The notes under the pieces: generated by a model
The model's input: only the letters and a program-made list of their open reading frames with translations
The model's database searches: none
What the model was told of the DNA's origin: nothing
Program-made: the position numbers and the translations under genes
Shown here: one piece after another, positions 55,501-64,000 of the stretch
Layout of the letters: every line of letters starts with the position of its first letter
How positions within the stretch are numbered: the stretch's first letter is position 1
Assembly (NCBI GenBank): GCA_964016885.1
Contig: OZ024745.1
Location: 20,584,001-20,648,000 of the forward strand
DNA from: Eledone cirrhosa
Lineage: Eukaryota
Direction: 5' to 3'
Length of the DNA stretch: 64,000 nucleotides

Positions 55501-58500
55501 CCCAGGTCAGCTTTAAACGGGCAGAACTATAGTCTATGGTGCCTTAAGCAAGTTGTTGTTATTTAGCCCAGGTTAGCTTTAAACGGGCAGAACTATAGTC
55601 TATGGTGCCTTAAGCAAGTTGTTGTTATTTAGCCCAGGTCAGCTTTAAACGGGCAGAACTATAGTCTATGTTGCCTTAAGCAAGTTGTTGTTATTTAGCC
55701 CAGGTCAGCTTTAAACGGGCAGAACTATAGTCTATGGTGCCTTAAGCAAGTTGTTGGTATTTAGCCCAGGTTAGCTTTAAACGGGTAGGTCTATAGTCTA
55801 TGGTGCCTTAAGTAAGTTGTTGTTATTTAGCCCAGGTTAGCTTTAAACAGGCAGGTCTATAGTCTATGGTGCCTTAAGTAAGTTGTTGTTATTTAGCCCA
55901 GGTCAGCTTTAAACGGGCAAGTCTATAGTCTATGGTGCCTTAAGCAAGTTGTTGTTATTTAGCCCAGGTCAGCTTTAAAAGGGCAGGTCTATAGTCTATG
56001 GTGCCTTAAGCAAGTTGTTGTTATTTAGCCCAGGTTTGCTTTAAACAGGCAGAACTATAGTCTATGGTACCTTAAGCAAGTTGTTGTTATTTAGCCCAGG
56101 TCAGCTTTAAACGGGCAGAACTATAGTCTATGGTGCCTTAAGCAAGTTGTTGTTATTTAGCCCAGGTCAGCTTTAAACGGGCAGAACTATAGTCTATGGT
56201 GCCTTAAGTAAGTTGTTGTTATTTAGCCCAGGTTAGCTTTAAACGGGCAGGTCTATAGTCTATGGTGCCTTAAGTAAGTTGTTGTTATTTAGCCCAGGTC
56301 AGCTTTAAAAGGGCAGGTCTATAGTCTATGGTACCTTAAGCAAGTTGTTGTTATTTAGCCCAGGTCTGCTTTAAACGGGCAGGTCTATAGTCTATGGTGC
56401 CTTAAGCAAGTTGTTGTTAGTTAGCCCAGGTCAGCTTTAAACGGGCAGAACTATAGTCTATGGTGCCTTAAGCAAGTTGTTGTTATTTAGCCCAGGTCAG
56501 CTTTAAACGGGCAGAACTATAGTCTATGGTACCTTAAGCAAGTTGTTGTTATTTAGCCCAGGTCTGCTTTAAACGGGCAGGTCTATAGTCTATGGTGCCT
56601 TAAGCAAGTTGTTGTTATTTAGCCCAGGTCAGCTTTAAACGGGCAGAACTATAGTCTATGGTGCCTTAAGCAAGTTGTTGTTATTTAGCCCAGGTCAGCT
56701 TTAAACGGGCAGAACTATAGTCTATGGTACCTTAAGCAAGTTGTTGTTATTTAGCCCAGGTCTGCTTTAAACGGGCAGGTCTATAGTCTATGGTGCCTTA
56801 AGCAAGTTGTTGTTATTTAGCCCAGGTCAGCTTTAAACGGGCAGAACTATAGTCTATGGTGCCTTAAGCAAGTTGTTGTTATTTAGCCCAGGTCAGCTTT
56901 AAACGGGCTGAACTATAGTCTATGGTGCCTTAAGTAAGTTGTTGTTATTTAGCCCAGGTCAGCTTTAAACAGGCAGGTCTATAGTCTATGGTGCCTTAAG
57001 CAAGTTGTTGTTATTTAGCCAAGGTCAGCTTTAAACAGGCCGGTCTATAGTCTATGGTGCCTTAAGCAAGTTGTTGTTATTTAGCCCAGGTCAGCTTTAA
57101 ACAGGCAGGTCTATAGTCTATGGTGCCTTAAGCAAGTTGTTGTTATTTAGCCCAGGTCAGCTTTAAACGGGCAGAACTATAGTCTATGGTGCCTTAAGCG
57201 AGTTGTTGTTATTTATCCCAGGTCAGCTTTAAACAGGCAGGTCTATAGTCTATGGTGCCTTAAGCAAGTTGTTGTTATTTAGCCCAGGTCAGCTTTAAAC
57301 GGGCAGAACTATAGTCTATGGTGCCTTAAGCAAGTTGTTGTTATTTAGCCCAGGTCAGCTTTAAACGGGCAGAACTATAGTCTATGGTGCCTTAAGCAAG
57401 TTGTTGTTATTTAGCACAGGTCAGCTTTAAACAGGCAGGTCTATAGTCTATGGTGTCTTAAGCAAGTTGTTGTTATTTAGCCCAGGTCAGCTTTAAACGG
57501 GCAGAACTATAGTCTATGGTGCCTTAAGCAAGTTGTTGTTATTTAGCCCAGGTTAGCTTTAAACGGGCAGAACTATAGTCTATGGTGCCTTAAGCAAGTT
57601 GTTGTTATTTAGCCCAGGTCAGCTTTAAACGGGCAGAACTATAGTCTATGTTGCCTTAAGCAAGTTGTTGTTATTTAGCCCAGGTCAGCTTTAAACGGGC
57701 AGAACTATAGTCTATGGTGCCTTAAGCAAGTTGTTGGTATTTAGCCCAGGTTAGCTTTAAACGGGTAGGTCTATAGTCTATGGTGCCTTAAGTAAGTTGT
57801 TGTTATTTAGCCCAGGTTAGCTTTAAACAGGCAGGTCTATAGTCTATGGTGCCTTAAGTAAGTTGTTGTTATTTAGCCCAGGTCAGCTTTAAACGGGCAA
57901 GTCTATAGTCTATGGTGCCTTAAGCAAGTTGTTGTTATTTAGCCCAGGTCAGCTTTAAAAGGGCAGGTCTATAGTCTATGGTGCCTTAAGCAAGTTGTTG
58001 TTATTTAGCCCAGGTTTGCTTTAAACAGGCAGAACTATAGTCTATGGTACCTTAAGCAAGTTGTTGTTATTTAGCCCAGGTCAGCTTTAAACGGGCAGAA
58101 CTATAGTCTATGGTGCCTTAAGCAAGTTGTTGTTATTTAGCCCAGGTCAGCTTTAAACGGGCAGAACTATAGTCTATGGTGCCTTAAGTAAGTTGTTGTT
58201 ATTTAGCCCAGGTTAGCTTTAAACGGGCAGGTCTATAGTCTATGGTGCCTTAAGTAAGTTGTTGTTATTTAGCCCAGGTCAGCTTTAAAAGGGCAGGTCT
58301 ATAGTCTATGGTACCTTAAGCAAGTTGTTGTTATTTAGCCCAGGTCTGCTTTAAACGGGCAGGTCTATAGTCTATGGTGCCTTAAGCAAGTTGTTGTTAG
58401 TTAGCCCAGGTCAGCTTTAAACGGGCAGAACTATAGTCTATGGTGCCTTAAGCAAGTTGTTGTTATTTAGCCCAGGTCAGCTTTAAACGGGCAGAACTAT

Positions 58501-59510
58501 AGTCTATGGTACCTTAAGCAAGTTGTTGTTATTTAGCCCAGGTCTGCTTTAAACGGGCAGGTCTATAGTCTATGGTGCCTTAAGCAAGTTGTTGTTATTT
58601 AGCCCAGGTCAGCTTTAAACGGGCAGAACTATAGTCTATGGTGCCTTAAGCAAGTTGTTGTTATTTAGCCCAGGTCAGCTTTAAACGGGCAGAACTATAG
58701 TCTATGGTACCTTAAGCAAGTTGTTGTTATTTAGCCCAGGTCTGCTTTAAACGGGCAGGTCTATAGTCTATGGTGCCTTAAGCAAGTTGTTGTTATTTAG
58801 CCCAGGTCAGCTTTAAACGGGCAGAACTATAGTCTATGGTGCCTTAAGCAAGTTGTTGTTATTTAGCCCAGGTCAGCTTTAAACGGGCAGAACTATAGTC
58901 TATGGTACCTTAAGCAAGTTGTTGTTATTTAGCCCAGGTCTGCTTTAAACGGGCAGGTCTATAGTCTATGGTGCCTTAAGCAAGTTGTTGTTATTTAGCC
59001 CAGGTCAGCTTTAAACGGGCAGAACTATAGTCTATGGTGCCTTAAGCAAGTTGTTGTTATTTAGCCCAGGTCAGCTTTAAACGGGCAGAACTATAGTCTA
59101 TGGTACCTTAAGCAAGTTGTTGTTATTTAGCCCAGGTCTGCTTTAAACGGGCAGGTCTATAGTCTATGGTGCCTTAAGCAAGTTGTTGTTATTTAGCCCA
59201 GGTCAGCTTTAAACGGGCAGAACTATAGTCTATGGTGCCTTAAGCAAGTTGTTGTTATTTAGCCCAGGTCAGCTTTAAACGGGCAGAACTATAGTCTATG
59301 GTACCTTAAGCAAGTTGTTGTTATTTAGCCCAGGTCTGCTTTAAACGGGCAGGTCTATAGTCTATGGTGCCTTAAGCAAGTTGTTGTTATTTAGCCCAGG
59401 TCTGCTTTAAACGGGCAGGTCTATAGTCTATGGTGCCTTAAGTAAGTTGTTGTTATTTAGCCCAGGTCTGCTTTAAACCGGCAGGTCTATAGTCTATGGT
59501 GCCTTAAGCA
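46590..59510. repeat. 66-bp satellite, ~195 monomers, with higher-order repeats
   Basis: Unit GCAAGTTGTTGTTATTTAGCCCAGGTCAGCTTTAAAC(A/G)GGCAG(AA/GT)CTATAGTCTATGGTGCCTTAA; no ORFs. Confidence 0.97.
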
Positions 59511-59626
59511 CATCCCATCGTATTTTAATCTAGATTATATTTTATAGATAATACAAGGCAGTTGGGTGTTAAATTGGAACTTGGCTGTTATTAGGTAACT
59601 TAGGAAAATGTTCTAATAATCTAAAA

Positions 59627-60060
59627 CAGCGGTTTTCAACCTTTTTACCCTTGTGGGACCCTTGAAATAGTTGAAATAGTTTTCATGTCTCAAGGGACCC
59701 ATAAAATTTATTACATACCATTATTAATAGCCGAGGTTGACTTTGCCTTTCATCCTTACGGGGTCGATAAAATAAAGTACCAGTAATACACTGGGTAATT
59801 GCTGGCGTTGTGCCTAAAGTAGAAACAATTATTAATAGCTATCGCTTTTAGAAGTTATAATAACAAAATATTATTATAATAACTATTATAATAACTATTA
59901 TAATAACTATTAAAATAACTAAAGATTTTCAAACAGTATGTAGTAAAAATAAAGATATAAAATTAAAGAAAAATTACTCCAAAATACATTAGCTTATTTA
60001 TCACTGTTTCTTACGGTATCCCTAGCGACCTCTTGCGGAACTCTAGTCTGAAACACGTTG
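59627..60060. mobile_element. hAT-type MITE (degenerate) interrupted by a SINE
   Basis: CAGCGGTTTTCAACCTTTT terminus and GGGACCC subterminal motifs; right end decayed. Confidence 0.5.
59730..59828 (+). mobile_element. 5'-truncated Nin/Deu SINE with 12-bp TSD
   Basis: ATTATTAATAGC at 59720-59731 and 59828-59839. Confidence 0.85.
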
Positions 60061-60945
60061 ACACCAAATTATATATTTTTAAAGTCCTAGAATTAGGTGT
60101 CTCACATTGAAACACTGTCTCATTTCTCTTATCCAGTCAGTTATTCCTCATAACAACTCTGGAGTGCCGCCATAAATTGTCATGTGATAATTATATTTTT
60201 TGGGGGTGGGCGGGGTGGCGGGTTATTTCAATCGAAACATAGTTTCCATGTGAGATGCATGTTTTTTGTGTGTTTGATCATGTTTGCTTGTAGATTGCAT
60301 GTAATTTAGTAAAATATGACAATAGAGCGATGTTCTTGGAGTGGATATTTCGGACTTGCTGCCGATCGTATTAGTAAAATTTCATTTGCAGTATATTTTT
60401 AACAAAGTCTCATATATCCACCACTGCATGTTGGTCATAATTGAGTCTTTCTCTGCTAGTATAGAAAAAGCTTATGGAAAAGAAGAATACAAGTAGATCT
60501 CGTGTGGTATTCACATTCATATGACGCCATATTAAAAAATCATTTTACATTTCTTTCTCACACCTTTTTCTTATTCTATTCTTTTGTGTCTATTCATGTT
60601 TCTGTCTATACCCATCATATTACATATTAGCTTTCTCTCTATTTCTCTATAATTAATTTACCCATTCCTTACTCTCACTTTCCTCGCTAATCTATCCTTC
60701 CTTCTCTCCCTATTCTCTCTTTCTCTCTCTCGCTCTCCCACACTCACTGCCCCTCTCTTTTATAAGCATTGTCGATTCTTATCAATCCCTATCTACACTT
60801 GTGCTTTACATTATTTTTACTTCTCTATTCCCAGCATTACTCCCCCTCTCTATATCTCCCTCCCCTCTCTCTCTCCCTCCCCTCTCTCTCTCCCTCCCCT
60901 CTCTCTCTCCCTTCCCTCTCTCTCTCCCTCCCTCTCTCTCTCCCT

Positions 60946-61028
<83 letters not shown>

Positions 61029-61367
61029 TACATCTCAATCTAACTCAGTAGCATATTTCTTTAAATTCCCTACTCCCTCTAACACCCCCAATACCACGCC
61101 TCTCACTATCTGGCTCGCTTCCAATGGATTGTCCAATATAATGACCAATTATAGATTTTATTGTAAAAACAACAACAGCAACAACAACGACAACAACAGA
61201 GAAAGATATTTGAAAAGAAATCTGAAGAGGAACCAGCATTGTACAGAAATGAAAACTTTCTTATTTGACAGGAGGGAAGTACTTTGTACTTGCGATGGAG
61301 TCTTGGTAAGAATCAGATGAACACATGAATTTATTGTGTGTAGTGTGTGTATATATATATATATACA

Positions 61368-61516
61368 TAACTGGGGATAGATGAGAACATATCCTATAAT
61401 GGTATCTGTAATAAAGAACGCGTAACCAGGGAATACTACACCCGATTAAGAAAGATATGGTCACCGGAACACTCTGGGCAAAACAAAACAGTGCCTGTCC
61501 TAACACCAACGTTTCA
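61368..61516 (+). pseudogene. R4/Dong-clade RT thumb fragment
   Basis: Manual translation LGIDENISYNGICNKERVTREYYTRLRKIWSPEHSGQNKTVPVLTPTF. Confidence 0.65.
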
Positions 61517-61614
61517 AATAGTCAATTGGAGGATTTTATTTTTGATTATCTTTTTTTGTCTAGAATTAGCCGTCGAAACGGCTTGAGCTCAGCCGTCCGG
61601 GTCCTACTCGTTCC

Positions 61615-62175
<561 letters not shown>

Positions 62176-62194
62176 TATATATATATATAGAAAA

Positions 62195-62235
62195 CGGTGC
62201 TGATGATAGCTAACAAGCTTGAAACTAGTACATCG
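62195..62235 (+). ncRNA. Minimal type I hammerhead (family A)
   Basis: CGGTG-CTGATGA-TAGCTAACAAGCTT-GAA-ACTAGT-A-CATCG. Confidence 0.88.
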
Positions 62236-62410
62236 TTCCTGTGTCAGTGTTGAACAAAAAGGTGACGTGGTTGCCTTAACACCGTATGGCATAAATTCAG
62301 GCTGTTCGCTTTGTTGACAAACAAACGAACAAAGCGGCCGGCGTTATAATAAACGCCGGCTAAACTGATGCGTGCATATATGTATGTGTACCTGTATGCA
62401 TATGTGTATA

Positions 62411-62470
<60 letters not shown>

Positions 62471-62706
62471 TGCTACTGTACGTATGTATACATATATGTA
62501 TGTACGTATACATACATACTTACATTTAAGTAAGTGCCATACTAAGAGTGAGAAATGAAATTTCGTTTTCATTTTTTTCAACTTATCGTTTTCGGTATGC
62601 CTGACCGATTTAACTCACTCAATATGCAAATTAGGCTGCTCAGCCGTTAATTTTCATAAGGAAAGTATATACTTTCGAACGTTCAACTATCTGGCAGATG
62701 GGTAAA

Positions 62707-62747
62707 CGGTGCTGATGATAGCTAACAAGCTTGAAACTAGTACATCG
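62707..62747 (+). ncRNA. Minimal type I hammerhead (family A), tandem partner
   Basis: Identical to 62195-62235. Confidence 0.88.
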
Positions 62748-62922
62748 TTCCTGTGTCAGTGTTGAACAAAAAGGTGACGTGGTTGCCTTAACACCGTATG
62801 GCATAAATTCAGGCTGTTCGCTTTGTTGACAAACAAACGAACAAAGCGGCCGGCGTTATAATAAACGCCGGCTAAACTGATGCGTGCATATATGTATGTG
62901 TACCTGTATGCATATGTGTATA

Positions 62923-62970
<48 letters not shown>

Positions 62971-63081
62971 TGCTACTGTACGTATGTATACATATATGTA
63001 TGTACGTATACATACATACTTACATTTAAGTAAGTGCCATACTAAGAGTGAGAAATGAAATTTCGTTTTCATTTTTTTCAA

Positions 63082-63269
<188 letters not shown>

Positions 63270-63311
63270 ATATATGTATATATATATATGTATGCGTTAT
63301 TATATGAATAT

Positions 63312-63500
63312 GTGGTGAATTGGCAGTGTCGGTAGAGGGTCGGACGCCATGCTTTGCAGCACAGTTACGTCCCTTTACGGACTGAGTTCAAATGCCGCCG
63401 AGGTTAACTTTGCCTTTCATCCTTACGGGGTCGATAAAATAAAGTACCAGTAATGCACTGAGTAATTGCTGGCCTTGTGCCAAAAGTAGAAACAGTTATT
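63312..63500 (+). mobile_element. Nin/Deu-domain SINE
   Basis: Homologous to 37853-38040. Confidence 0.85.
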
Positions 63501-63570
63501 ATATGAATATATATATATATATATAATATATATGTTTATATGTATATATATATATGTATGCGTTATTATA

Positions 63571-63604
<34 letters not shown>

Positions 63605-63641
63605 TTATTATATGAATATATATATATATATATATATGTAC

Positions 63642-63673
<32 letters not shown>

Positions 63674-63944
63674 ACATGACAATATGTATAAGTTTATTCA
63701 TTATTTGGTTTTTCTTCACGAAATTGTATTTAACTGTGGTGCCAAGTGTTTTGGCGTCAAACTTCTGCTGGGTCAGTCCGCAAAAGAATAAACGAGAAGA
63801 TGAGGGAGATATATCATTAAGAAAAAATATTACAAAGAAAATATGTGATAAAGAGAGCAAGTGGGAGGAGGTGGGAAAAGTGAGAGGAAGAGGGTGAAAA
63901 AGAGATTAGCAGGTATGGAACGATAGCGAGTGATCAGGAGAAAG

Positions 63945-63980
<36 letters not shown>

Positions 63981-64000
63981 TGAGGGAAAGAGAGCCGGGA

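Noticed and set aside
46590-59510. CRISPR-like array or 22-codon coding repeat
   Set aside because: No unique spacers, no cas genes, eukaryotic context; the ORF track shows no ORF in any frame; no HHR core found in the monomer

Overview
Gene-poor, repeat-saturated eukaryotic DNA. The SINE types and very high (AT)n/(ACN)n load are most consistent with an octopus or other cephalopod (inference). I cannot support any host protein-coding gene; almost all ORF-track entries are microsatellite translations. Recognisable content: (i) a decayed near-full-length Tx1/L1-clade LINE (15.6-21.2 kb) with two 5'-truncated relatives, each flanked by an 18-bp TSD in a (GATA)n tract; (ii) fragments of CRE, RTE, R4/Dong and Tc1/mariner elements, plus many SINEs and MITEs; (iii) a ~12.9-kb, 66-bp satellite with higher-order structure, apparently derived from a SINE 3' end. 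The main finding is a community of at least eight families of short non-coding elements inserted in (AT)n tracts, usually as fold-back (inverted) pairs. Together they carry more than 20 type I hammerhead ribozyme (HHR) motifs read by eye. Many have a palindromic stem III, as in Penelope-type dimeric HHRs. Three families have a compensated U3-A8 core (UUGANAA), one motif has a ~105-nt stem II, and two families show head-to-tail monomers (~510 and ~300 nt) resembling retrozymes with circular RNA intermediates. Coordinates were read manually and may be off by a few bases. Ribozyme activity is inferred, not tested.
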